A stretch of 64,000 nt of DNA from assembly GCF_009834535.1 (NCBI RefSeq), contig NC_045697.1:43402001-43466000 (forward strand). The letters are read 5' to 3'. Positions 28,311-41,127 of the stretch are shown here, one piece after another. The stretch comes from Camelus ferus (lineage: Eukaryota). The notes beneath the pieces were generated by a model. It did no database searches, had not been told where the DNA came from, and saw nothing but the letters and a program-made list of their open reading frames with translations. Each line of letters begins with the position of its first letter. Within the stretch, counting starts at the first letter, position 1. Position numbers and translations under genes: made by a program.

Positions 28311-29721
28311 GTACCCTTGGACGATAAATAATAATATCTAATTCTCAGGGCTATTAAGAGGATTAGATGGCAGAAAGTATACGAAGAGTTTAGCAGTGGT
28401 AATACAGAGTAAATATTCAAGAAAAGGTAGCAATTATTATCAAAAAATATTGTTAATAATTTCATTCTGTGAGATGATAAGAATTACATGTTAAGTCTCA
28501 CAGATAGAAACATTATGCCACCCACTCAATCTTTTAGCTTGAAATGTTGGTACACCGGGCATCTCCCTACTCAAAAACCTCTCCTAGCAGTGGTAACTGA
28601 ACAGCACAACAGAAGTTCTTGACTGCCCATTAAATTCAGCCTTTGGGGAACTCTGGTTGACATCATTTACATCTCTTTGTCTGAAAGTGGAAGAGGGACC
28701 TAGTCAATAGACATCCCTCACATACCCCAAAAAAGAACCATCAATCTTGGTCTAGGTGACTGTCACATTGAACATTTTCAGGCAGCTTTTTCAACCTTGG
28801 AGGTTTGGGCAACCTGCCAGTAATGAAGATGTATTAATGCTTAATGCAGCTTAATGTAATAGGTGTCATGTTCATAATTTACAGAAGCTCTTTCTAAGGC
28901 ATTAAATTCATTTATACTCCTTAAAAGCTACTCAATCGTAAGGGCTAAGTTAGTTCGGTAGGGTTTCTTTTTTAGGATCAAATGATATATAAATTGTTAA
29001 CATATCCAAACTCATCCATTAGTGCATGTGAAAGCAATAAATGTGCCAAAGTAGCAATAACATGATCGAGGAAAGTCATTGTGGTCATTAGGGCTGAAAG
29101 GGTTTCATTTATGGCCCTGAGAAAGAGAACGAAGGCTGTAAAACAGACCCAGGAGCTCCCGCTGACCAGGGACCCTGCCTCACGACGCTCAAATAAAAAT
29201 AAAACAAAATGTGTATTTTAGGTGTTCAAAAGTGGCAACGGGTTTTGCCTTCTGTTTTATAGAGATGTCCCTCCTGTGTCCGTCCACCATTTTGTGAAAA
29301 GAAAATGGAATGGATTGATGAGAGTTGTACATCCCAACTGTCTTCTCATAGAATATTGATTGGCCTCCTGGTAAATAACTCTAAGCAAAACGGGGGGCAC
29401 GACTAATGAGAGCCCCGGCTTGTTGGACAGAGCTGGTAGGTCAGGAGTTGATAGAATTATAAATCGTAGCACCACGTTTCCGAAGTAGCCCCAGGTTCAA
29501 AATAGGGATGAAAGGGACATATAGCTTTGTGTATAAGATGAAGGCAACTTTATCTATTATTCCATTATGATCTGCTGACATCCACTCATCACTCATTACT
29601 CATGTACCTGAGGGTCAAGTTCCCTCTCCTTCCCAAAAATATTGCAGAGCACCAAGGAACACTGCAAAAAGAGAGGTAGAAAGCAAAGTAATAAAATTTT
29701 GAAGTAAAGTTATTCTAGCTA

Positions 29722-29872
29722 GGTTAGTGCTTCTCCTTCATATAATTAGCATCTAGGAGTTTTAATAAACTAGCAATATCCAGACAATTAAATCTCTAGG
29801 GGTGGGGCTTGGCCATCAGTATTTTTTAAACACTCCAGGGAATTCTCTGGTGCAGCCAGGATTAAGAACCAT
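29722..29872. mobile_element. MER5-type hAT MITE
   Basis: AATCTCTAGGGGTGGGGC...CAGTATTTTTTAAA..CTCCAGG..ATTC...GTGCAGCCAGGATTAAGAACCA. Confidence 0.75.
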
Positions 29873-30459
29873 TAACATAATGTCTAGGAGCCATTACAAA
29901 AGCTCTAAATAGAGATGGCATAACACAGTAGCTTTTCTTCTTATTTATCTCCACATGTTGCCGGCATTCAGTGCTTGCCTAGGTATGCCCTCAAGAACTC
30001 AACAATCTGTTCAGGGCCCCTCTACTGGAGGCTTCTGAACTCCAGGGCCCTCTACCCAGAAGTCACTTCAGTGGCCGAAAAGCTAAGGGTTTACAGTGGA
30101 GTTCATTCTCCAAGGAAAGTTCTGTAGTTGATATCGGAGCACTTGTTCCCCATCAGTTCACAGAGCATGCCAGGTCCTGCTGGGGCTTTGGCCCTCACTC
30201 ACCTGGACAAACAGCTGGACCAGTGATCACCAGAGACTTTACCAAGAGAGAATCTGCTGAAGATGTCTCCGTTAGCTCCTGTTTTGTCTGTAAGTAGTCA
30301 GGCCTTATCTTCATAGCAGGAGAGCTGGATCAGGAAGCAGTCTTTGCTGAGCAGAGTCTGAATGGGGCCAGGGGCCACTATAGGGGTGGGTGGGAGCTCT
30401 AACTGAAATTCAGACAGCCCACTAGAGGACCAGGGAGTAAGTGTATCTAACCACCTCTA

Positions 30460-31420
30460 ATTAAGTCATGTCATGCAGCCAGATTCGACTTGGAGAAAGA
30501 AATGCCTACAGTAATTGCATTTAGTTCATTTTGCAGCCTGCTCCCAATCATAACTGCTAATTCAATTGTACGTTCATTCTGCCAGCTCATTGCCATTAAG
30601 CACACATTTAATCACTTCAATAAAGGATTAATATGCAGCACACAAAAGGAGGGACAGAAGACTGTGCCAAAGCACACAGCTGCCCCAGCATTTAGCCCGG
30701 AGATAAAACAAGAATATCATTGGGCAGCATAATCTTGGTCCAAATACATCATTATTAGATGAACATTCCAGACTTTTATTTTCATGCTTGTTATGCACCG
30801 TTCCACATGCATATATTTCTGTGGCACCAGAAAGAGCTGTAACAGGCGCCCGACAGCTCTCCATTGTTGTCTCAATCATGCACCGCGCCCACCCTGGCTT
30901 CCTCCAGGCTTGTAAGGTTGAGCTTATCTCGTCTCCAGGCGAAGGCTTACAGTCCCTACATTACAACATCCTGAGATAAGGGCCCTCGCTTGACATTGTT
31001 CCTGCCCGTGCTGCAAACAAGTGACAAACCTGGCATGTATAAAAAGAGAGAGCGAGAGAACAACAAAGCCAGAGCCCGGTCCTCCCGCCTCCTCCCAACA
31101 CCACCTCAAAGGACAGCCCATCAATTCTGCAGGATGTACACAATCATTATTGTAGGGGAAACAAAGGCCAGTGTCAATTGGGCCGTGTTATAAAGCAGTC
31201 CCTCAAATTAAAACCATGTACCTAACTGCATCTGATGGCAGAAGCTATTTAGCAGTGATATTTTACGGAAAGGCAATGAAAAGCAATAACTGCTTTATTT
31301 AATGTATCTGTTCAATCCAGCTGCCCTGGATAGGCCTTAATAGAAGCTGTCGATCAATGTCAGGCCCTTAGAAATAACTGCACCAGACTGCAATAAACAT
31401 GAAGGAAAGATAACTAGACC
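30460..31420. promoter_or_regulatory. Putative conserved non-coding enhancer block
   Basis: About 1 kb with no recognisable repeat, retained CpGs, dense TAAT/ATTA motifs, SOX-type and TGACA/TGTCA motifs. Conservation is inferred, not measured. Confidence 0.55.
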
Positions 31421-31982
31421 TACTGATCAGCCTCTTGTTACCTTTCCTGTGCCCAGAGATTTGTCATTTGTTTACACGGCTCGTAATAGCTGGCTCGATG
31501 ATTATCCTTGTGCCCACCTGGTATTGTGGTGGGCACATCGGGGTGGGGAGTGAGACAGGAGAAGAAGCCACGTTGGGAGGGAAGGAGAGGTGGAATGTGA
31601 AATGTAAGACCAAAAAGTGAGGGATGATGAGTTTGTTCAGGACACGTGAGGTTAAATCTCGTGAAGTGGGCATTCCACCACCCTTGTTAAAATGCTAAAA
31701 CATCAGTCTTCCTTTCTTTACCACCTCCTGACAGGCCTTCCCTTAAGATTAAATAAATAGGGGGTGAATGTTTAGTTTCAGTGTCTTCAACACAAATCCT
31801 TGTGCTACCAGGAAGCCTACAGCCAGCACAGCCTCTACCTAACCATGACGTCACTGGCGCCTGTCCACCCATCCACCCCGAGTGCTGGTGTTGCCCCGTG
31901 CGCCAGCATCAGCTCGCTCCAGCCCGGGCTACTCCTCGTCCTCACCCAAGCTCCTCCACGCCTGTGTCCTTACCTCCTGTAG

Positions 31983-32187
31983 CAGAGGCTGGCCATCTAC
32001 ACCCCATGGGCCGATCTAGCCTAGTTTTATTGGAACACAGCTGCCCCACTTATGTAGGTTTTGTGCTTGGCCTCCTGTGGTGCTAAGATGGTGGTCAAGT
32101 AGTTCAGCAGATGCTAACTATATTGCCCCCAAAGCTTAACATATCCCCCATCTGACACCTTTCAGAAAAAAAGTTTACTGACTCTTG
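31983..32187. mobile_element. MER58-type hAT MITE
   Basis: GTTTTATTGGAACACAGC and terminal AGAAAAAAAGTTTACTGACTCTTG. Confidence 0.7.
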
Positions 32188-32199
32188 ATCTATGTACAA

Positions 32200-34240
32200 A
32201 TCATTTCAAAATATCTCCAGTCCAGTCCTCTCTTCTCTTCTCTAGACCTGTTTCCAGATGTCTCCAACCCCAAACCCTCATTGAGCTATCTACATGTAAC
32301 TCATAAAAATCTAATCCATTTTATTTTTTTGTCCAAACCTAGTTTCCTCTGATTTGTATCTTAAGTGATGGTTTCATCATCCGTTTAAGCACCCAGATGA
32401 AAAAGCTGAGTCATCTTTAACAGTAACCTCTCTCTCTGCTCTTCCTCCCCACCCCCTCTCCCACCACCTTCCCATCAGTCCCAGCTTGTCCCCTCTGTCA
32501 CTGAAATGTACCTCAAACACCTCTTATCCTGCCTGATTGGTCACACTGCCCATTCCACCTGCCTGGACTAGTACACCCTCCTGGCCAGTCTTCCTGCTTC
32601 TAATCTCTCTGCTACCGTGGCCCTGTCAGAACCATCTTTCGAAAGCATTGATATAATTAAAACAATGACAATTATTTATTTAGTGGTAAGTACCTCCCAG
32701 GCACTGTTCCAAGTACTTTCTAGTTATTTATTTACTCATTTAATCCTCACTAAACCCAACACGACAAAGTAGGTCCTATTATCATCCCCAAGAGGAAATT
32801 GAGGCTTAGAAAGCTGTTGTGAACTTGCCAAGTTTACACAATTTGCAAATTGCTACACTGGGATTTGAACTCAAGCCTGTCAGTCTCTAAAGGCCAAGAT
32901 TTTCCACACAACTATAATGTGTTTCCCATATTTCAGACATCTTTGACAGTTCCCTATTCCCCACTAAATAAAGGCCAAACTTAATTCACATGTCACTCAA
33001 ACTGTCACCCTTCCTTTCTGCAGATTCTCCCATCACATGCTCTCTCAAACCATTCTTGACGTGCTCTAGTCCAGGTGCACACCATGTGAGTATGCAGTGA
33101 ACATGCCACCGCCCTGAGTGTTCCCTGATCCCCACAGCGACTGCAACCTCGCTAGCAGTAGAATTAATTTTCCTTCTCAGCGCTCCTGTACTGCGTCAGT
33201 CCTGCTATAGCATAACACTTACCTAACCACTACATTTAAGTGTGTGTACCACTGCCTCCTCAGATAGGTTCCAGATCTTCAAAGGAAAGACAATTTTCTA
33301 CACGTATTTTTATTTTTCATGCCCAGAACTTAGTAAGCAATGAACAAATGCTGATTGAATGTTTCTTTCTGACTCACACCTTTCCCATCTATTTTCTTAT
33401 GATGGTTCCACCATGAGCTTTCAGAAGCACAAATATCAGATTGTGTGACTCTTATTTGGAAGAATTCATGCACAGTTTCTTCTTCATGTCCAGGATTTTA
33501 TGGTCCAAACTCCTTTGCATGGAATACAAGGCATAATATTTACCCTAACTTCACCTTCAACGTCTCTCCCTCCCACCACAGATGCAGACAGCATCACCCA
33601 CCCTGAGTTCCTGTACCTTTGCACATGCTTCTCTGTCTTTCTGGAGTGTCCCTCTCCCTCTTTGATAACCTCTGCTCATTCCTTATGACCCAGACCAAGT
33701 GTCATCTGTCCTATGAAACTTTCCCCACCAGAAGAAAGTTGACCTTTAAAGGCTTCCATATAATAATGATAATAATAGTCCAAACTCACACAGCACTCAC
33801 ATAGGTAGCAGTCAGTGTTATAAGTACCTGAGAGAAGTTTCATTGTTTAATCACCGCAAAAAAGAAGTAAGTACTATTATTATACCCATTTTTTAAATAA
33901 GGAAATTAAGACACAGAGACTAAGTTACATGCCCAAGGTCACAGTGCTACGAAGCTGAGTTCAGAATTTGAACCTGGGCAGTCTGAAGTCAGAGTTCATA
34001 CTTTTCACCATTACACTATACCCCATCACTATGCTTGGTCTACATGTCCTTCATAGGATCCAGATCACTCTGTATTTCGATTATTGCTCTAAGTGTCTGT
34101 CCACACAGTCCTCTTCTATACGTGAGTGCCTAAAGGCACTCACAACTAAAGGGACATGTCCGATTCATCTTCGTCTGCCCAGCACCTCGCACAGTGCCCA
34201 GAACAAGCAGAGACATAGTAAGTCTTTGTTAAATGACTTT
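32200..34240. mobile_element. Interleaved L2 fragments (+) and MIRs (-; ~32660-32915, ~33770-34020)
   Basis: MIR antisense cores (CATTTAATCCTCAC, GAGGAAATTGAGGCTTAGA, TGCCCAAGGTCACA) and L2 3' ends (CACAGTGCCCAGAAC...TTTGTTAAATGA). Confidence 0.7.
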
Positions 34241-36306
34241 ATGAACATCAATGTTCTTCAAGAGACCTGAAGTAAGGTGATGATGGGAATTTTGATGATT
34301 CAGTGACGTACTTGTTGATCACAAGTAAGAAAATGTAGTACTCAACAGATAAAACCATGATCCTAAGTTCTAAGCTTAACTCCACCTTCCACTTGCTCTA
34401 GGGATTGGGTGCGTCATTGCACTTTTCTATGCCTCCTTTGTGATAAGGACCTACTTTACCGACTTACTGTAAAGTCTTAAGAGTTTACAGACAATTCACT
34501 GTTGCTTATGTTAAAATATAAGAAATACAGCATTGCTGAATATTCCTTCTCTTCCTCACCATGAAGTGTTACTGTGCTCCAAGGCTGTTCTTAAGCCTCT
34601 TTTCTTCTCTCACTCACTCCTAAAGTGATTTATTTAGTCTTTGGGAAAACAAACAAACAAGTAAACAACAACAACAACAAATATTACCAAAGCTGAGATT
34701 TGGGAAGTTTCAATCCTAGTGACTCAGTACTTATAAACCCATTAGTCTTACAGGTCTGAATTTGCATGGCTGCATGTATACATGTCCTGTGAGGAAAGAC
34801 TCACCTTGCCTTCTTTGCTTAAAGGCCCAGAATTTATTTTATTCTAGACCTAGAGAAAACTCTGTTATCCCCCTCTGACTGACTCCCTGAACTCCTCCTG
34901 TGAGGCCAGTGGTGACAGAGTACATGTTAAGGACATTACTATGCGGCAGTCATTACACACACTAGGACCTCTTCACAGCAGACAAGTGATCACTCCCTGG
35001 AATCGGTCCTTCTGTTGAAAAGCTTAGCAGTAAAGTAGAGCAGCAGACTTTTAAAAGATTTCTTTGCAAATAGAGGCTGAAACTGTAGGGTGCTTTGGTT
35101 AGTTGAAAGCTTTATTTGCACTTTGGCCTTGGCTTGGAAGGACAACATTTTGGAGATTCTCTTACCAGTAGTTAGTCAATGATCACTAAGGTAATTGGGT
35201 TCTCTGATGTGATGGATTGGAGTGCCCGAGAAGATGTCACTCTCAAATTTAATTTCTCTGAGTCTTATAGCACCATCTTTCTTGGTCCAAAGAAAGACAA
35301 AGTCAGATGCAGGAGAAGGAAACGATACTATACAGGTTATAAAAATCTTTCATTTGTAAATTTAATAGGGCAAATAAAGTTTTGTAAAGTGCTTTTATAA
35401 CTAAGGCATCTGGCATAATGTTAAAAAATAGAAAATTTAGATATTCTTGTTGACTTCATTGTAATCTAACAACTAAAGGCAAATCATTGTGTACCTGTCT
35501 CATTTTGAAAAAAACTTAGCGGTTCATCTCATCAGCAAATGAAATGAGGCAAATGGTTATGAGACATGACTGATAACATGAAAATTATATGCTAGAAAAT
35601 TACAAAAACTGAAATCCCCTCAAACCTTAAAGAAATCAGGGCAAGTCTAATAGGAACCAGTGCTCAAATATCTTTTTTTAAGTTCACCAGCCTCACATTT
35701 ATCTTCTATTTTCAGTTGGTTTTTATAGACATATATGATGAAACTTGAAGAATGTTTGCTTATGTTCTTTTAGTTTTAAGAAACCTGCTGTTAAACTGAC
35801 AAGGGCTTAATTTCCAGAATATACAAACAACTCATACAATTCAATAACAAGCAAATTAAAAAATGGACAAAAGACCTAAATAAGCATTTCTCCAATGAAG
35901 ACATACAAATGGCCAATAAGCATATGAAAAAATGCTCAATATCACTAATCATCAGAGAAATGCAAATCAAAACTACAATGAGGTGTCATCTCACAAAGAG
36001 TGGCCATCATTTAAAAATCCCCAAATGATAAATGCTGGAGAGGGTGTGGAAAAAAGGGAACCCTCCTACACTGTTGGTAAGAGTGTAGTTTGGTGCAGCC
36101 ATTACGGAAAACAATATGGAGATTCCTCAAAAAACTAAAAACAGACTTACCATATGATCCAGCAATCCCACTCCTGGGCATATATCTGCAGAAAACTCCA
36201 ATTTGAAAAGATACTCCAATGTTCATAGCAGCACTGTTTGCAATAGCCAAGACATGGAAGCAAACTAAATGTCCATCAAGAGATAATTGTATAAAGTTGT
36301 AGTGTG

Positions 36307-36310
<4 letters not shown>

Positions 36311-36353
<43 letters not shown>
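36311..36353. repeat. (CA)n microsatellite
   Basis: About 21 perfect CA units within the older L1. Confidence 0.98.
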
Positions 36354-36355
<2 letters not shown>

Positions 36356-36531
36356 GAATACTACTCAGCCATAAAAAAGAATGAAATCATGTCATTTGCA
36401 GCAACATGGATGGAACTGGAGATTGTCATATTAAGTGAAGTAAGCCAGAAAGAGAAAGAAAAACATCATGTGATGTAACTTATATATGGAATCATATATG
36501 ATAATATGACACATTAAAAGAATGACACAAA

Positions 36532-39182
36532 ACTCACAAAGAAGAAAAAAGAGAGAGCACAAATTAGCAAAATAAGAAAGGAAAATGGAGAAATTACAAC
36601 AAACAAAATAGAAATACAGAATATTATACGAGAATATTATGAAAAACTATATGGAACCAAACTGGATAACCTAGAGGAGATGGACAAGTTTCTGGAAACA
36701 TACTGTCCACCAAAACTGAATCAAGAAGAATCTGAACACTTGAACAATCCAATCACTAGAAAGGAAATAGAAATAGCAATTAAAAACTTCCCTACAAATA
36801 AAAGTCCAGGACCGGACGGCTTCACCAGGGAATTCTACCAAACATACAAAGAAGAACTCATACCAGTCCTTCTCAAACTCTTCCAGACAATTGAAAAGGA
36901 GGGAATACTCCCAAACTCATTCTATGAAGCCACCATCACCCTGATACCAAAACCAGGCAAAGACACTACAAAAAAATAGAATTATAGGCCAATATCACTG
37001 ATGAACATAAACGCCAAAATCCTCACCAAAATTTTAGCAAATAGAATCCCACAACACATAAAAAAGATTATACATCATGACCAAGTGGGGTTCATCCCAG
37101 GGACACAAGGCTGGTTCAACATACGCAAATCAATCACTGTAATACATCACATCAACAAGAGAAAGGACAAAAACCACATGATCATCTCAATCGATGCAGA
37201 AAAAGCATTTGATAAAATTCAACACCCATTTATGATAAAAACTCTCGCCAAAGTGGGTATAGGGAACATATCTCAACATAATAAAAGCTATATATGACAA
37301 ACCTACAGCCAGCATAGTACTCAACGGTGAAAAACTCAAAAGCTTCCCACTAAAATCTGGGACAAGACAAGGATGCCCACTATCACCACTCCTATTCAAC
37401 ATAGTCCTGGAAGTCCTAGCCACAGCAGTCAGGCAAGAGAAAGAAATAAAAGGGATCCAAATTGGAAAAGAAGAGGTAAAAGTGTCATTATATGCTGATG
37501 ACATGCTACTATATATAGAAAACCCTAAAAGGTCCACACAAAAGCTACTAGAGCTGATTGAAGAATTCAGCAAGGTAGCAGGTTACAAAATTAACGTTCA
37601 AAAATCAGTTGCATTTCTTTACACTAACAATAAATCAACAGAAGAAGAAAGTAAAGAAACAATCCCCTTTAAAATAGCACCCAAAGTAATAAAATATCTG
37701 GGAATAAATATAACCAAGGAGGTGAAAGAATTATACACAGAAAACTATAAACCATTGATGAAGGAAATTAAAGAAGACTTTAAAAAGTGGAAAGATATTC
37801 CATGCTCTTGGATTGGAAGAATCAATATTGTTAAAATGGTCACACTGCCCAAGGCAATCTACAGATTTAATGCAATCCCTATCCAATTACCCAGGACATA
37901 TTTCACAGAACTAGAAAAAATCATAATAAAATTCATATGGAACCATCAAAGACCTAGAATTGCCAAAGCTTTACTGAAGAGAAAGAAAGAGGCTGGAGGA
38001 ATAACTCTCCCAGACTTCAGACAATACTATAGAGCTACAGTCATCAAGACAGCATGGTATTGGTACCAAAACAGACATATAGACCAATGGAACAGAATAG
38101 AGAGCCCAGAAATGAACCCACAAACTTTTGGTCAACTCATCTTTGACAAAGGAGGCAAGAATATACATTGGAATAAAGACAGTCTCTTCAGCAAATGGTG
38201 TTGGGAAAACTGGACAGCAGCATGTAAAACAATGAAGCTAGAACACTCCCTTACACCATATACAAAAATCAACTCAAAATGGATCAAAGACTTAAACATA
38301 AGACAAGATAAAATAAACCTCCTAGAGGAAAACATAGGCAAAACATTATCTGACATACATTTCAAAAATTTTCTCCTAGAAGAAATAAAAGCAAGAATAA
38401 ACAAATGGGACCTAATGAAACTTACAAGCTTCTGCACAGCAAAGGAAACCAGAAGAAAACCTATGGAATGGGAGAAAATTTTTGCAAGTGAAACCGACAA
38501 AGGCTTGATCTCCAGAATATATAAGCAGCTCATACGACTCAATAAGAAAAAAATAAACAACCCAATCCAAAAATGGGCAGAAGACCTAAACAAGCAATTC
38601 TCCAAGGAAGACATACAAATGATCAAAAAGCACATGAAAAAATGCTCAATATCACTAATTATCAGAGAAATGCAAATCAAAACTACAATGAGGTATCACC
38701 TCACACCAGTCAGAATGGCCGTCATTCAAAAATCCACAAATGACAAATGCTGGAGAGGCTGTGGAGAAAGGGGAACCCTCCTACACTGCTGGTGGGAATG
38801 CAGTTTGGTGCAGCCACTATGGAAAACAGTGTGGAGAGTCCTCAAAAGACTAGGAATAGACTTACCATATGACCCAGGAATCCCACTCCTGGGCTTGTAT
38901 CCAGAAGGAAATCTACTTCAGGATGACACCTGCACCCCAATGTTCATAGCAGCACTATTTACAATAGCCAAAACATGGAAACAGCCTCAATGTCCATCAA
39001 CAGGTGACTGGATAAAGAAGAGGTGGTATATTTATACAATGGAATACTACTCAGCCATAAAAACCGACAACATAATGCCATTTGCAGCAACATGGATGCT
39101 CCTGGAGAATGTCATTCTAAGTGAAGTAAGCCAGAAAGAGAAAGAAAAATACCATATGAGATCACTCATATGTGGAATCTAA
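36532..39182 (+). pseudogene. Truncated L1 ORF2 (RT + C-terminal domain)
   Basis: YADD and CCHC motifs intact. Nonsense GAG>TAG at 36977-36979 and a 2-bp deletion at ~37260 relative to the full-length copy. Confidence 0.95.
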
Positions 39183-39502
39183 AAAACAAAAACAAACAAA
39201 CAAACAAAAACAAAGCGTAAATAAAGGACAGAAATAGACTCACAGACAGAGAATACAGACTTGTGGTTGCCAGGGGGATGGAGGGTGGGAATGGATAGAC
39301 TGGGATTTCAAAATTGTAGAATAGACTACACTGTATAGCACAGGGAAATACACACAAAATGTTATGATAACTCACAGAGAAAAAAATGTGACAATGAGTG
39401 TGTATATGTCCATGAATAACTGAAAAATTGTGCTGAACACTGGAATTTGACACAACATTGTAAAATGATTATAAATCAATAAAAAATGTTAAAAAAAAAA
39501 AA
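36532..39502 (+). mobile_element. 5'-truncated young LINE-1 (same subfamily as 50578-57680)
   Basis: TSD AAAAGAATGACACAAA at 36516-36531 and 39503-39518, preceded by TT. Collinear with 54713-57680 at about 99% identity by eye; poly(A) tail present. Confidence 0.97.
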
Positions 39503-39734
39503 AAAAGAATGACACAAATGAACTTATTTATGAAACAGAAGCCTGCTCACAGACTTAAAAAACAAACTTACGATTACCAGAGGGGAAAAGAGGTAAGGAG
39601 GGATAAAATGGGAGTTTGAGATTTGCAGATACAAACTACTATATATAAAATAAACAACAAAGTCCTACTGTATAGCACAAGGAACTATATTCAATACCTT
39701 GTTATAACCTATAGTGAAAAGAATCTGAAAAGGA

Positions 39735-39778
<44 letters not shown>
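39735..39778. repeat. (AT)n(GT)n compound microsatellite
   Basis: Directly visible in the L1 3'UTR. Confidence 0.97.
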
Positions 39779-39780
<2 letters not shown>

Positions 39781-40019
39781 AACTGAATCACTATGCTGTA
39801 CACCAGAAATTAACACAACATTGTACATCAACTATGCTTCAACTTAATCTTTAAAAAACTACTACTTTATAAATCCTAATAAATTTTTCTAAAAAAAAAA
39901 ATATTGATTTTTTTGGAAATTACTTTTTGGTTAGATGAGAGAACATCATCCTGTACCAACATCACTTTAGGTCTGATATAATTCACCTCCGTGTTGCCTT
40001 TCCCAATCACACCTACCAC

Positions 40020-40420
40020 CACCCCCAAATGTCCCAGCCTGTGTTATTGACCATGTGATATAGTTCTGACCAGTGAGATATATGCTTTTATTAGGTGGGA
40101 TCTCTGGGAGAACTTTGGTATCTTTTGGTTAAAAAAAAGTTAGAGGATATATTTGGCTGGCATAGCCCTCTGCCAAATGCAGACATTTGGCCTGGAGGAG
40201 CAACAGCTACCTTGTAACCATGATGCCATAAGCAAGAGGATAAAGGCATACACAGAGGGAATGGCAGAGTAAACTATAGGAAAAGCTTGGTGCCTGATGC
40301 CATTGCTGAAGTATCACACCAGCCTCATGTAACCTACCCCTGAGCCTCTTATTGTGTAAAATAAACAATCGCCATCTCTTTAAACCACGGTTAGATTTTC
40401 TGTTACTATCAGCCAGACAA
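40020..40420 (+). mobile_element. Old MLT1 (J/K-like) LTR
   Basis: CCATGTGATATAGTTCTGACCAGTGAGAT...GGAGCAACAGCTACCTTGTAACCATGA...TTTAAACCAC...TTTTCTGTTAC. Confidence 0.7.
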
Positions 40421-40828
40421 AGTGTTGATGATTAAAGCAAATGCCTGATGAAAGCATAGAAGCAGGGAGACAAAATGATAATAAAGGCATACATCTTTAG
40501 AAATATGAGCAAAGCCAAATAAAATAGGAGAGCCGAGTAAGGTTTTTCAAAACACAAAAATCTAGCCCCAGATGGAAAGGTCCACCTTTCGAGGCAACAC
40601 CAGCACTGCCTGGGTTCTCCAAGCACAGGACTGAAGAGGCTCCTGAGACAGTGTGTCAGAGCATGGAGCTCCTATTACACCGTTTTGCATTTTTAAATGG
40701 AAACTTTATAGTACCTTTTTAGTCAAAAACTGTGTGGTTTGGGTTACAAGGGGGGTGGGGTGGAGGAGGCTTGCAAGTGGAAAAGCTAAGGTTTCTAAGA
40801 CCCGATTCAGTTTTGTTCCATTCTATTA

Positions 40829-41127
40829 TAGTTGGCCCTCAGTATCTGAGGAATCCACATCTGCAGATTCAACTAACCTTGCATGAAAATACTTGGAAAA
40901 AAAAGTTCCACAACTGACTGAAAAGCAGAACTTGAATTTGCTACATACTGGAAACCATTTACATAGCATTTACATTGTATAAGTAATCTAGAGATGATTT
41001 AAAGTATATGGGAGGGTGTGCATAGGTTATATGCAGATACTGTGCCATTTTACGTAAGGGACTGTAGCAGCCTTGGATGTTGGTTTCCTGGGAGTCCTGG
41101 AACCAAGAAGATACCAAGGGATGACTG
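40829..41127 (+). mobile_element. Tigger3a-like Tc1/mariner non-autonomous element
   Basis: TIR-like ends TAGTTGGCCCTCAGTATC / GATACCAAGGGATGACTG flanked by TA. Internal AAGTAATCTAGAGATGATTTAAAGTATATGGGAGG. Confidence 0.88.

Larger units (their letters stand above)
35794..39860 (+). mobile_element. Older artiodactyl-type L1 3' end, interrupted by the young L1 at 36532-39502
   Basis: Degenerate ORF2 C-terminus (35794-36490). The 3'UTR resumes after the TSD at 39519 (TGAACTTATTTATGAAACAGAA...CTGTACACCAGAAATTAACACAACATTG). Confidence 0.9.

Noticed and set aside
30203..30377. Minus-strand exon candidate (CAG|GTGAGT donor, CCCCTATAG acceptor)
   Set aside because: Stops in all frames, a C-rich weak acceptor, and no other support.
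34805..34849. 45-nt minus-strand exon candidate (AAG|GTGAGT)
   Set aside because: Stops in all frames and a short pyrimidine tract; likely a pseudo-exon.
304..35400. Numerous 60-140 aa ORFs in the ORF track
   Set aside because: No recognisable protein similarity, many start at non-ATG codons, and many overlap decayed repeats. Expected by chance.
38132..38680. Identical 182-aa antisense ORFs (also 56314-56862) and similar hydrophobic antisense ORFs
   Set aside because: These are the shadow frame of A-rich L1 ORF2. The identity just reflects the two L1 copies.
36532..39502. Assembly artefact or segmental duplication explaining the twin L1s
   Set aside because: Each copy has a distinct TSD, distinct flanks and about 1% private differences.
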